64,000 bases of DNA, taken from positions 5,248,001 through 5,312,000 of the forward strand of contig OZ242010.1 of NCBI GenBank assembly GCA_965204745.1. Reading direction: 5' to 3'. The notes under the pieces are model-generated. The model saw only the letters and a program-made list of their open reading frames with translations. It had not been told where the DNA came from and made no database searches. The number at the start of each line of letters is the position of its first letter. Within the stretch, counting starts at the first letter, position 1. The translations under genes and the position numbers were made by a program. Below are positions 1 to 9,232 of this stretch, in pieces. The DNA comes from Candidatus Latescibacterota bacterium. Lineage in GTDB: Bacteria > Latescibacterota > UBA2968.

Positions 1-810
1 GCGGGCAAACACCTCGTCACGGACAAAATCATGTGCTTAAACGAGGCCGAAGCGCGAGGCATGATCCAAGCGTCCAAGCGCAATGGGGTGTTCTTGAGCG
101 TGTTTCAAAATCGGCGGTGGGATGGCGATTTTTTGACCTTGCAACGCCTGCTCGCATCCGGCGTCTTGGGCGATATTTACACTATCGAGTCCAACATCAC
201 GACCTTTGGCGGGCCGCACAGCGGGTGGCGCGCGTGGAAAAAATACGGCGGTGGGCGCGTCCTCGATTGGGGCGCGCATCTCATAGATCAGGCCCTTCGG
301 TTATACGGGCCGACAGTGGAAACCGTTTTTGCGGATTTGCAATACCGCTATCCCAAAGACAAAGCCGATGTCGAAACCCTAGCCCTCATCCACTTGCGAT
401 TTGCAAACGGGACGCGCTTTTTCATCGAATTGGGCAGCGCGTGGATGTACGCCAAGCCCCGGTTTCAGGTGCGCGGTTCTCGCGGCAGTTTCAGAAAATA
501 CGGGGTGGATCCCCAAGAGGCGGCGATGAAGGCAGGCGTTTTTGGCATGCCCATACCGGAAGACCCGGCGCGTTATCACCTGCGCGTGACAGACGACCAC
601 GGGCAAACCGTGGAACGATCCGTATCGCCCGAGTTCGGCGAGTACCGCACGTATTACGACAACGTGGGCGCGGCACTTGTGCGTGGGAAAGAATTGCTGG
701 TCAAACCCGAGGAATGTTTGGAAGCCATTCGCGTCATCGACGCCATCCGCCGCTCGGCAGAACGCGAAGAAGTGGTCGTGCTAAATGAAAACGAAGACCA
801 AAGCGAGTAA
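1..810 (+). CDS. Gfo/Idh/MocA family oxidoreductase, 5' truncated by the window edge
   Basis: Frame is open from base 1 (AGKHLVTDKIM). Motifs FQNRRWDGDF and GGGRVLDWGAHLIDQ are typical of Gfo/Idh/MocA. Confidence 0.9.
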   Translation, partial: AGKHLVTDKIMCLNEAEARGMIQASKRNGVFLSVFQNRRWDGDFLTLQRLLASGVLGDIYTIESNITTFGGPHSGWRAWKKYGGGRVLDWGAHLIDQALRLYGPTVETVFADLQYRYPKDKADVETLALIHLRFANGTRFFIELGSAWMYAKPRFQVRGSRGSFRKYGVDPQEAAMKAGVFGMPIPEDPARYHLRVTDDHGQTVERSVSPEFGEYRTYYDNVGAALVRGKELLVKPEECLEAIRVIDAIRRSAEREEVVVLNENEDQSE

Positions 811-827
811 TCAACGCAGTGCGTCGG

Positions 828-1033
828 ATTTTGGGGGCTGTTGGGCGGGGACTGACCACTTGGCGGTCAGGGGTTGGATGGGAACTGACCACTGACCCTT
901 ACCTCTTCGGGCGGGCACGGGAGCACCGCCCCTGCGGTCTCAATGTTTCGATTTTGGGGTGGCTAGGCGGGGACTGACCACTGACAACTGACCACTTGGT
1001 GGTCGGGGATTGGATGGGAACTGACCACTGACC
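828..1033. repeat. Two related intergenic units built from CTGACCA/CTGACAA heptamers, with a REP-like hairpin between them (about 910-937)
   Basis: GGGGACTGACCACT...GGATGGGAACTGACCACTGACC occurs twice. A related motif is at 59581, and the reverse-strand form (GTTGTCA)n is at 41097, 42241 and 45545. Confidence 0.75.
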
Positions 1034-1048
1034 AGAAAGGAAATTTCT

Positions 1049-1204
1049 ATGCTGTGGGGCATTGCGCTATTTGTCATTTTTACGATCTGTTATCTCGGGC
1101 AGTCCATCTCTTCTGGCCTGGGTGGAAAGCGCGGATGGTCCTTGCAATGGTTGTGCTGGCTCGTCGCGAGTTTGACCATGCTGATCTGCTACCTCATCGT
1201 ATAG
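1049..1204 (+). CDS. Small membrane protein, 51 aa, two predicted TM helices; not in the ORF track
   Basis: RBS AGAAAGGA precedes ATG 1049. Translation: MLWGIALFVIFTICYLGQSISSGLGGKRGWSLQWLCWLVASLTMLICYLIV*. It ends 10 nt before the next gene. Confidence 0.65.
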   Translation: MLWGIALFVIFTICYLGQSISSGLGGKRGWSLQWLCWLVASLTMLICYLIV

Positions 1205-1214
1205 GGGTGCCGCC

Positions 1215-1703
1215 GTGTTGTTCTGTGAATCGAAACGCCACCTCGACAAGCCCGATGAAGAATACATGTGTGATTTGGTGACACGCGGCGCAGACTGGGT
1301 GGTGCTGGCCTACGTATCCCGTCGCCCGTGGCAAGTCGCGGGCATCCATCTGCCAGCGGGTTCGCAAACACTGGCGTTTTACCAAACCGGGATCGAGCGC
1401 GTTTTGTGGCGCATGTGTGCCCCTTCAGGTGAACTGAAGGGGCATTTGTTTCATGTATGCCGAGATGTGCGCGTGGGGGAAAACGAGGTGAGCTATCTGG
1501 ACCTGCTCTTGGACATCTGGATCAACGCCGATGGCACTGCCCATGTCTTAGACCGAGACGAGGTCGCCGCCTGTCGCAAAGCGGGCAAATTATCCGCCGC
1601 GGACCTACAAATCATCGCAACAGAAGAAAAACGCATCGCGTCGCACTGGCCCAAATTCGTGCGCGAGTTGGAGGGAAAAATCATTGACTTTCTATTGGCC
1701 TAA
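1215..1703 (+). CDS. DUF402 domain protein
   Basis: YLDLLLDIWINADG..VLDRDEV matches the DUF402 acidic motif. Confidence 0.7.
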   Translation: MLFCESKRHLDKPDEEYMCDLVTRGADWVVLAYVSRRPWQVAGIHLPAGSQTLAFYQTGIERVLWRMCAPSGELKGHLFHVCRDVRVGENEVSYLDLLLDIWINADGTAHVLDRDEVAACRKAGKLSAADLQIIATEEKRIASHWPKFVRELEGKIIDFLLA

Positions 1704-1750
1704 TGTGATGCGATATGCAGATAGCAAATGATCCTTTTGACGTTCTGTAA

Positions 1751-2062
1751 TCATTCAGAGAAGCCATGACAACCATGCCATCGCAAAAGACCATCAAAAA
1801 AGCCATCACGCACAGCGCGCAAGGCTGTCTCGCAACCAACATCCATTATGCAACCAACTTTGCAGGCCGGCGCATGTCGTGCTGTTACAAAAGCGATTTG
1901 CGCTGTGCAAGCCTCTCGGCGTTTGAGAGCGGCATTTTTGAACTGCTGGGGCAGTTGTACCCCGCTCGCCTACTTTTTTTTGTTGTTAAAAAAAAGTAGG
2001 TCGCCGAAGGCATCGGAGGCAACCAACGAGGCTGTAAGGCCAAACGTTTTAGACAAGCACCG
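1751..2062 (+). repeat. About 310-bp dispersed non-coding repeat (MITE/RIME-like), copy 1
   Basis: Highly similar inverted copy at 14096-14403. Contains a TACTTTTTTTT..AAAAAAAAGTA hairpin. Confidence 0.85.
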
Positions 2063-2068
2063 TTGCGT

Positions 2069-2968
2069 TTATCTGCGTTCATCCGTGCTTTCTCCTCGCT
2101 TTTCGAGCATGGGCGCGAGTTCTTTGAGGTGGGTGAGAAAATCTTCGGCAATGGCCGGATGCTCGAGGGAAAGGGCCACCGTGGTCTTGAGGTAGGACAG
2201 GAGATCGCCGACTGTGTGCCACTCGCCTTCGATGGCACAGGCGTACACCACACGGGATTGGATCATCAGTTCAATGGCGTCTGTGAGTTGGTACTCGCCA
2301 TTCTCGGCCGGATTGATCTGTTCGAGGAAGTCGAAAATATCCGGTTCAAAAATGTATCGGCCTAGGGTGGCGAGATTGGATGGCGCGTTTGCCGGGTCGG
2401 GTTTTTCGACGAGGCCCTTGACGAGATACACATCGTTGATGCGCTTCGCCCGAATCACGCCGTAGTTGCCGATGTGTTCTGGCAGCACTTCTTTGACCGC
2501 GAGGATCGAACTGCTGTACCGGTTGTAGTGATCGATCATCTGCCCGATGCACGGGGTTTGCGACACCACGAGGTCGTCGCCGTACAGAACCGCAAAGGGT
2601 TCGTTGCCGACGTGTTTGCGGGCTTTGAGAACCGCGTGCCCGGTGCCCAACTGGTCTTTTTGCCGCACGTAGTGGATGTCGGCCAATTCTTCGATGCGCT
2701 CCAGGGTTTCGATCATGCCCGAGTCCGCGCGCTCGCGCAAGGCATGCGTGATTTCGATGTTGCGATCAAAGTGATCTTCAATCGCGCGTTTCCCCCGGCC
2801 CGTGATGATCAAAATGTCCTCAATGCCCGAATCCACGAGTTCCTCGATGATGTACTGAATCGCGGGTTTATCGACAATGGGCATCATTTCTTTGGGCAGG
2901 GCCTTGGTCGCGGGTAGCATGCGACTCCCGTGCCCCGCGGCTGAGATAACTGCTTTCCGAATTTGCAA
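2069..2968 (-). CDS. galU: UTP-glucose-1-phosphate uridylyltransferase
   Basis: IRKAVISAAGHGSRMLPATKALPKEM and RQKDQLGTGHAV motifs. TTG start at 2968 with GGAGG RBS. Confidence 0.92.
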   Translation of the reverse strand: MQIRKAVISAAGHGSRMLPATKALPKEMMPIVDKPAIQYIIEELVDSGIEDILIITGRGKRAIEDHFDRNIEITHALRERADSGMIETLERIEELADIHYVRQKDQLGTGHAVLKARKHVGNEPFAVLYGDDLVVSQTPCIGQMIDHYNRYSSSILAVKEVLPEHIGNYGVIRAKRINDVYLVKGLVEKPDPANAPSNLATLGRYIFEPDIFDFLEQINPAENGEYQLTDAIELMIQSRVVYACAIEGEWHTVGDLLSYLKTTVALSLEHPAIAEDFLTHLKELAPMLEKRGESTDERR

Positions 2969-3275
2969 CGCGCCCTCCAATGACCCGCCCCCGCCCCGAG
3001 AAGCGAAAGCGAGGGGGTAGGTCTCATTAAATTTCTTCAAGTGATCGACTTCCAAATTTCAGACCGCCCCCCAAAAATGTCAAGGGTATTTTCCGGTTTC
3101 GCGCTGTTTCGCGTTGCTTGACTTTATCGGGGCAACCATGTATCATTCAAGCGAACCGTTGTTTTGCCGCATCTGTCGGGGCGGTTTATTTTTTTATTGC
3201 ATCCCGAACCCGCACACCCCGTTTTTTAACCGATTTTGCCGGATAGCTCACGGCTTCCGGTGGGAGAGATGGTCT

Positions 3276-4295
3276 ATGGCTTTTTGGTTTTCGAGTTGGT
3301 TTTCAAACGACATTGGCATCGATTTGGGAACCGCCAATACACTGGTTTACGTCAAGGGGCAGGGCATTTTGATCGATGAACCCTCCATTGTCGCCCTCGA
3401 GCGGCAGTCGCGCAAGCCGCTGGCGATAGGCACGCAAGCCAAGGAAATGCTCGGCCGCGAAAAACCGGATATCGAGGTCGTGCGCCCCCTGCGCGATGGC
3501 GTGATCGCCGATTTTGACGTGACCGAGGAAATGCTGCGCTTTTTTATTGCCAAAGTGCAAAAGAACAAGTTGCTGGTCCGCCCGCGCGTGGTGATTTGCG
3601 TACCCTCTGGCGTCACGCCCGTAGAGATGCGTGCGGTCAGGGAAGCCGCGGACCGCGCAGGCGCCCGCGAGGTCTATTTGATAAAAGAACCCATGGCCGC
3701 GGCGATTGGCGTCGGCCTGCCCGTGGACGAGGCATTGGGGTCGATGGTCGTGGATATCGGCGGGGGGACGACCGAGATCGCGGTGATTGCCCTGTCCGGC
3801 ATCGTGACGTCCAAATCGATCAAAATCGCAGGCGACGAAATGACGGAAGTCATCGTGCAATTCCTCAAGCGCAAACACAATCTGCTGGTGGGAAGCCGCA
3901 GCGCAGAGCAAATCAAGTGCGCCATTGGCGCGGCCTGCGAGCTCAAAGAAGAATTGCAACACACCTGCCGCGGTTTGGAACAACTACAAGCCATTCCCAG
4001 AACCATTGTCGTGGATTCCAAAGAAATCAGCGAAGCCCTGGCCGAGTCCGTGACCGCGATTATCAACGCAGTGCGGCAAACACTCGAACAGACCCCGCCC
4101 GAACTGGCCGCGGATATCCTCGACCACGGCATCATCTTGACCGGCGGCGGCGCCTTGTTGCGCGGCCTGGATCAGCGGTTGAAAGAGGAGACCGGCCTGT
4201 CCGTGATCGTGGCCGACGCCCCCCTGGAATGCGTGGCGAACGGCACGGGGAAAGTCCTCGCAGACCTCAACAACTACAAGAGCGTTTTGGAATGA
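3276..4295 (+). CDS. mreB: Rod shape-determining protein MreB
   Basis: IGIDLGTANT, DIGGGTTE and LTGGGALL actin-fold motifs. Start placed at ATG 3276. Confidence 0.95.
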   Translation: MAFWFSSWFSNDIGIDLGTANTLVYVKGQGILIDEPSIVALERQSRKPLAIGTQAKEMLGREKPDIEVVRPLRDGVIADFDVTEEMLRFFIAKVQKNKLLVRPRVVICVPSGVTPVEMRAVREAADRAGAREVYLIKEPMAAAIGVGLPVDEALGSMVVDIGGGTTEIAVIALSGIVTSKSIKIAGDEMTEVIVQFLKRKHNLLVGSRSAEQIKCAIGAACELKEELQHTCRGLEQLQAIPRTIVVDSKEISEALAESVTAIINAVRQTLEQTPPELAADILDHGIILTGGGALLRGLDQRLKEETGLSVIVADAPLECVANGTGKVLADLNNYKSVLE

Positions 4296-4296
4296 C

Positions 4297-5103
4297 ATGC
4301 AGCGATTTTACAGTTTCTTGAGCAATCGCCGCGAGCAAGTCGTGCTAGGCATTGCGATTTTTATTTCACTGGTCTTGATGCTGTTCGATCCCGCAACGCA
4401 GATGCGCGTTGCAAACCGAGTCGCGTTTGGGCTGACGGCTTTGGGGCATCGGGTTTTTGCCTGGCCGATAGAACTCTCGTCCCTGCGCTACGAAAACGAG
4501 GTGCTGCGCGACCAGAATGCGCGCCTTTCTCTGGAGTTGCACAAACTCCGAGAAGCCCGTCTCGAAAACGTACGCCTCTACGAGTTGCTGCATTTCAGGT
4601 CCCAACAAGAGACCGCAGAATCCTATCGCATTGCCCGGGTGATCGCACGCAATCCCGCGCGCGTGTCCAGCACAGTGTTGATAGACGCGGGGCGCGATGA
4701 GGGCATCCAAGTCCGCATGCCCGTCGTAACCGCAGATGGCTTGGTGGGCCGCGTTTTGGCGGTGCACGACCACTCGGCTATCGTGCAGTTGCTCATCGAC
4801 CGCAACTGCCGGGTCAGCGCAGTGGTGCAGCGCGAAAGCCGAACCAACGGCATCGCGTCGTTTGAAGATGGCGCGTTCTACCTAAAAAATGTACCCCTCC
4901 GCGCCGATATCGAAGTCGGCGATTTGGTGGTGTCCTCCGGCTTGGGCGACCTGTTTCCCAAAGGGCTTTCCGTGGGGCAGGTCGTCGAGATCGGCGACGA
5001 AGCACAGGGGTTGTTCCGCGAGGTGATCCTCGCCCCCTCCGTGAATTTTCACAACTTGGAGGAGGTCTTTGTGCTCACGACCCGTTCGCAGATCAAAAAG
5101 TAG
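4297..5103 (+). CDS. mreC: Rod shape-determining protein MreC
   Basis: N-terminal TM, coiled coil, GLVGRV and VVSSGLGDLFPKGL motifs. Directly follows mreB. Confidence 0.92.
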   Translation: MQRFYSFLSNRREQVVLGIAIFISLVLMLFDPATQMRVANRVAFGLTALGHRVFAWPIELSSLRYENEVLRDQNARLSLELHKLREARLENVRLYELLHFRSQQETAESYRIARVIARNPARVSSTVLIDAGRDEGIQVRMPVVTADGLVGRVLAVHDHSAIVQLLIDRNCRVSAVVQRESRTNGIASFEDGAFYLKNVPLRADIEVGDLVVSSGLGDLFPKGLSVGQVVEIGDEAQGLFREVILAPSVNFHNLEEVFVLTTRSQIKK

Positions 5104-5183
5104 ACCGGCTCGCCTATTCGTTCCACCGCTGTTATTTGGGCGCTTGAACCGCATTCAAGCGCTTTTTTTGCCGAGAGGCGAGG

Positions 5184-6353
5184 ATGAAAGATCAAAACGC
5201 CCAAAGAGAACGCGCCCACCTGCTACGGCGCATTGCCAAATTGGAATCGGAATGCCGCACGTTGGAAGAGACGGCAAGCCAGTACAAGGCGATTTTGGAA
5301 ACCACGGTCGACGCGATCATTACCATAGACAGCCATGGCATCGTCCAATCATTCAATGTTGCAGCCGAGCGCGTTTTCGGCTATCGCGCCTCGGAAGTGA
5401 TCGGCAACAATGTGGCCATGCTGATGCCCGAACCCCATCGTAGCCGCCACGACAGCTACATCGCCCGGTACTTGGAAACGGCCGTGCCCAAAATTATAGG
5501 CTACGGGCGGCGGGTAAATGGCCTGCGGAAAGACGGGACGAAATTCCCCATGGATTTGGCAGTCGGTGCGGTGATCCTAAAAGACAAGCACTTGTTCACG
5601 GGCATTGTGCGCGACCTGACCGAGCAGGTGTTGTTGGAGGAGCAAGTGATACAATCCGTCAAGGAGGCGGCACTCGGGCATTTGGTCAGTGGAATAGCCC
5701 ACGAGGTGAACAATCCGGTGGGCATTATTGGCGTACATCTGACCAATATGATGCGCGAGGTGAAAAATCAGCCCGTGTCAGCGGATATGATCGATGCGAT
5801 AGAGACCATCCAACGGCAAAACGATAAAATTGCCCACATCATCTCCGATTTGCTGTCCTTTTCCCGTCAATCGTCTTTCGCGCCCCGATTGACCGATATC
5901 AACGAGACGGTGCGCCGTGCCGAGAGGCTGGTCAAAACGGCGCTGAAAGACCGCGCCATAGCGTATCGCGCCAAATTGAAAATCGGATTGCCCAAGTTGT
6001 GGTTCGACCCCATCAACATCGAGCAGGTGCTGATCAATTTGTTCGACAATGCAATAGACGCGATGCCCAAGGGCGGTATTTTGACGGTTTCAACGGCACG
6101 GGAGACGGACGCATCAGATCGCGACTGGGTGGTGATCCGCGTGGCGGATACGGGCGAGGGCATCTCCGAAGAGGATCTCGACCATGTGTTCGATCCCTTT
6201 TTTACCACCAAGGATGTGGGCAAAGGCACGGGCTTGGGTTTGTCGGTGAGTTACGGGTTGATCCAAAAGCACGAAGGAAAAATTGAGGTGAGCAGTCAAC
6301 CGGGCAAAGGCAGCGCGTTTCGGATTTGCCTTCCCATAGATGAAGCGGAGTGA
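5184..6353 (+). CDS. PAS-domain (FixL-like) sensor histidine kinase
   Basis: PAS domain with MPEPHRSRHDSYIARY, H-box IAHEVNNP, N-box NAIDAM, G-boxes DTGEG and GTGLGLS. Confidence 0.92.
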   Translation: MKDQNAQRERAHLLRRIAKLESECRTLEETASQYKAILETTVDAIITIDSHGIVQSFNVAAERVFGYRASEVIGNNVAMLMPEPHRSRHDSYIARYLETAVPKIIGYGRRVNGLRKDGTKFPMDLAVGAVILKDKHLFTGIVRDLTEQVLLEEQVIQSVKEAALGHLVSGIAHEVNNPVGIIGVHLTNMMREVKNQPVSADMIDAIETIQRQNDKIAHIISDLLSFSRQSSFAPRLTDINETVRRAERLVKTALKDRAIAYRAKLKIGLPKLWFDPINIEQVLINLFDNAIDAMPKGGILTVSTARETDASDRDWVVIRVADTGEGISEEDLDHVFDPFFTTKDVGKGTGLGLSVSYGLIQKHEGKIEVSSQPGKGSAFRICLPIDEAE

Positions 6354-6355
6354 GC
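6307..6355 (+). repeat. 49-bp exact direct repeat covering the kinase 3' end; second copy at 22135-22183
   Basis: AAGGCAGCGCGTTTCGGATTTGCCTTCCCATAGATGAAGCGGAGTGAGC is present at both sites. Confidence 0.95.
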
Positions 6356-6421
6356 GTTGTCAACGGGGGTATCCCCCTTTGGGTTAGATCTTATTTTTTT
6401 GCATAATCGGCGCGTTGAAGG

Positions 6422-6543
6422 GATGTATCCCAAAGTATGCAGTGCGCCTTTTTGTATGCACTTTGTTTAAGTTTCTATGAATCAGTGGGTTATGTGTATT
6501 TGAAGCAAATAATCGGCTATTAGATGTATCCCGTTGTATGCAC
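6422..6543 (+). promoter_or_regulatory. Candidate enhancer (UAS) repeats and IHF-like site
   Basis: GATGTATCCC-N3-GTATGCA at 6422 and 6523, with a further GTATGCAC at about 6454. AATCAGTGGGTTA (6480-6492) fits WATCARNNNNTTR. Confidence 0.5.
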
Positions 6544-6652
6544 TCGCGCCTCGATGTCGCCTTTGCAAAGTTCATGCGCGTCAAATTTTATCTTTTTGTT
6601 TCTCAAGCACTTGGATCAATTTCAAGTGCTTTTTTTTGTGCAAAAAAATTTC

Positions 6653-6668
6653 TGGCATACATTTTGCA
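6653..6668 (+). promoter_or_regulatory. Sigma-54 (-24/-12) promoter
   Basis: TGGCATACATTTTGCA has GG-N10-GC spacing and lies about 60 nt upstream of ATG 6731. Confidence 0.8.
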
Positions 6669-6730
6669 ATTAAAAGGGCGAAAGCAGTCCCAAATTTTCG
6701 CAGTGATTGACTTTAACAAGGAGAGACGTC

Positions 6731-7381
6731 ATGAAGAAACTTTTGTTCATCGTTGTATTCGGTCTGTTTTGGGGTGAGACACCTGCTCGGGATCCCCATT
6801 CCTTGCCCCTGTATGCAGGGAAAAATATCATCGCGATTGGACTCGCCAATGAGTCGAAAACCGTGGTTAAGTCGCTCAAGGTGATGCCCGATGCTGAGAA
6901 ATTTCCCCATGGGGTGCGCGTTGAGGAAACCGTCATTCCCGTGGATTTTACGTCAGAGACACTTGAACTGCGACTTCAGATCACCGTCGACCCGGGCCAT
7001 GAAGGCACTGTTGTCGCCTTGCCGCTCATCTTGATCGGTGACACGGGCCATCGTTGGTATGTCGCGCTTCCTGTAACCATTGAAGTCCGCCCAATCGCCA
7101 AAACCGAACTCCTGCCCAACCAACCCAACCCCTTCAACCCCGAGACGACCATTCATTATCGCCTGGCCGGAAGCGAAAAGCAAGAGACCCAACTCGTGAT
7201 CTACAATATCATAGGCCAAAAAATTCGCACGCTCGTTCAAGAATACCAAGAGCCGGGAGAATATGCGGTGCGTTGGGATGGCACCGACGATCACGGGCAA
7301 AAAGTTTCGAGTGGCATCTACATTTATCATCTGACATTCGGCGATTTTGCCCAGACGAGAAGGATGATGCTTCTCAAATGA
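6731..7381 (+). CDS. Secreted protein with C-terminal FlgD-Ig / T9SS-CTD-like domain
   Basis: Signal peptide MKKLLFIV. Tail reads NQPNPFNPETTIHY..IYNIIGQKIRTLV..WDGTDDHGQKVSSGIYIY..RRMMLLK. Confidence 0.8.
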   Translation: MKKLLFIVVFGLFWGETPARDPHSLPLYAGKNIIAIGLANESKTVVKSLKVMPDAEKFPHGVRVEETVIPVDFTSETLELRLQITVDPGHEGTVVALPLILIGDTGHRWYVALPVTIEVRPIAKTELLPNQPNPFNPETTIHYRLAGSEKQETQLVIYNIIGQKIRTLVQEYQEPGEYAVRWDGTDDHGQKVSSGIYIYHLTFGDFAQTRRMMLLK

Positions 7382-7415
7382 AGGACTTCCTCTCTCTTTC
7401 AATGGAGGCTTAGCG

Positions 7416-9215
7416 ATGAAACAGGTAATCTATCTGATGATGTGGCTGGTGATTGCCGCACCGGCAAAAAGCCTGGCCTATCAAAGCGTGCTCGTGGCTG
7501 GTTCCTCGGGCATCGTGGTAGATGGCAGTTTGGAGGACTGGCAAGTCTATAAATTGCCCGTGCAGAAACTCGAGTCCTGGCGAGCACTGCCCCATAACCT
7601 AGCGGGAACGCCAACCTCGGAACGGGATCTGTCTGCAACTTTGCAGGTGTTTGCAGACGCGGAGCATCTGTACTTCGCCGTTGTGGTGAGCGATGATGCG
7701 GTCGTTTTTGAACGGGCGGTCTTTGGACAAAACTGGTGGGATGATGCGGTCTGGCTAGAATTTGACGGCTGCTTTCTCGAGGTTACCCAGCGAGCTTCTG
7801 GCGAGGTGGTCGTCGAAAGTCTCTTGGAGATTGCAGGGAAAAAGATCAGCGTGCCCTATCTGGACAAAGCCCTGGGGGTTGACGCTGCCATCTCACCCAC
7901 GGCATCGGGGTACACCGTCGAAGCAAAAGTGCCGCGTCAGATCGTTCAACCCCGCGTTTTTGAAAAAGGTTCGCGCTTGGTGTTGAATGTGTCTGTTTTG
8001 GATCACGACGATGCGGGGATCCAGGAACACAGGTTGTCGCTCGGCGAGGAGATTTCGCCTTCCATTGTGCTCGGTCAAACGATCCACGCACCCGTTCGGC
8101 CTGAAAATGGCCCGAGGCGTCATCCGTCTGCCAAACAATCCCTGCCGCCAACAGGTGCGCCACTGCCCGCGAAATCGGGGTTCAATAACCAGGGGCAATT
8201 TGTGATTACCCTGTTGGGAGACACTGCATTTGATCGACTCGACTTGGCGCAGAGACACGCCATTGACACAGCGTCAATCCTCGCAAAATACCATGCCGCA
8301 ACACAGGTCGATCAACCCAATCCAAAGACCGAGATCTGGACGGGTGGGCTTGCGGGCATCTTGGCGGTTCAAGAAGGTCATTATCGGATCTTCTCGAATA
8401 GATTTCGGGCGATTCAAAAATTTGATGATCCATATATCTTAGGCTGGGCGTCGCTGTACATGACGGGATACAAACGCGGTTTTGCAAGAACGACGCCCAA
8501 ACTGCCCGACGCGGTCGCTCGGCTTCGCCTTGAGGAAGCCTTGCTGGTTGCAAACGAGACGCGAGACCACGCATTTTATTTTCAATTCCTGAGTGCTTTG
8601 CACAACGTGCAACAAAGGGCACAATTGCCCGTCGCTTCCATGCTCGAACAGGGGATTCGCCATGCGATGCGCCTTGTGGATCAATTTGGAACCGACAAAA
8701 TGGGACAGTTGGCAGCGCGGAATCGCCTCAAATACCGGCTGTTATTGCTCAAAGACCACCGGTTTTTTGATGTTCACACTCGATTCGCCAAACGGGAGAT
8801 TGTGAGTTATTCAGAAAATTTCAACCTCGGCTCTGACGAGCATCTCGATTTTCTCAATCAAGTCGGCAATATTTATCGCGAACTCGAAATGGATCGGGAT
8901 GCGTTGGAATTTTACGAAAAAATATCAGACCTCGGCCAAACACCCGCTCATGCCGTGACAGCGCGCATTGGTATGGCCCATGTTTATTTGGACATTGCGA
9001 AAAACAGAACGGCAATGGCAAAGTTGCGAGAGGCCGAGAAAATTTTGACCGATCCTCAAACCAGAGACGAGAGAGCCGTTTTGGCGCATCTCCACCTGAC
9101 CTTTGTTCGCGCCCATGATGAATGGTATGACTACAAAAGAGTCCGCGAGCACCTGAAACTTTTACAGGCGTATCTTCCGCCCGATCCTTCCAGGCAAGCG
9201 AGAACCACCCGCTAA
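7416..9215 (+). CDS. Secreted protein with CBM9-like (DOMON) N-domain and TPR-like C-terminus
   Basis: VDGSLEDW..DAEHLYFAVVVSDD..GYTVEAKVP pattern, then helical repeats such as VGNIYRELEMDRDALEFYEK. Confidence 0.65.
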   Translation: MKQVIYLMMWLVIAAPAKSLAYQSVLVAGSSGIVVDGSLEDWQVYKLPVQKLESWRALPHNLAGTPTSERDLSATLQVFADAEHLYFAVVVSDDAVVFERAVFGQNWWDDAVWLEFDGCFLEVTQRASGEVVVESLLEIAGKKISVPYLDKALGVDAAISPTASGYTVEAKVPRQIVQPRVFEKGSRLVLNVSVLDHDDAGIQEHRLSLGEEISPSIVLGQTIHAPVRPENGPRRHPSAKQSLPPTGAPLPAKSGFNNQGQFVITLLGDTAFDRLDLAQRHAIDTASILAKYHAATQVDQPNPKTEIWTGGLAGILAVQEGHYRIFSNRFRAIQKFDDPYILGWASLYMTGYKRGFARTTPKLPDAVARLRLEEALLVANETRDHAFYFQFLSALHNVQQRAQLPVASMLEQGIRHAMRLVDQFGTDKMGQLAARNRLKYRLLLLKDHRFFDVHTRFAKREIVSYSENFNLGSDEHLDFLNQVGNIYRELEMDRDALEFYEKISDLGQTPAHAVTARIGMAHVYLDIAKNRTAMAKLREAEKILTDPQTRDERAVLAHLHLTFVRAHDEWYDYKRVREHLKLLQAYLPPDPSRQARTTR

Positions 9216-9232
9216 ACGCGAGGAGTTTTGCA

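Noticed and set aside
1766-2253. Short ORFs in repeat regions (also 14050-14958, 43936-44127)
   Set aside because: They are translations of dispersed non-coding repeats, and the frames are not conserved between copies.
3060-3275. Riboswitch or ncRNA upstream of mreB
   Set aside because: Only weak hairpins and no recognisable family motif. No tRNA or rRNA was recognised anywhere in the window.
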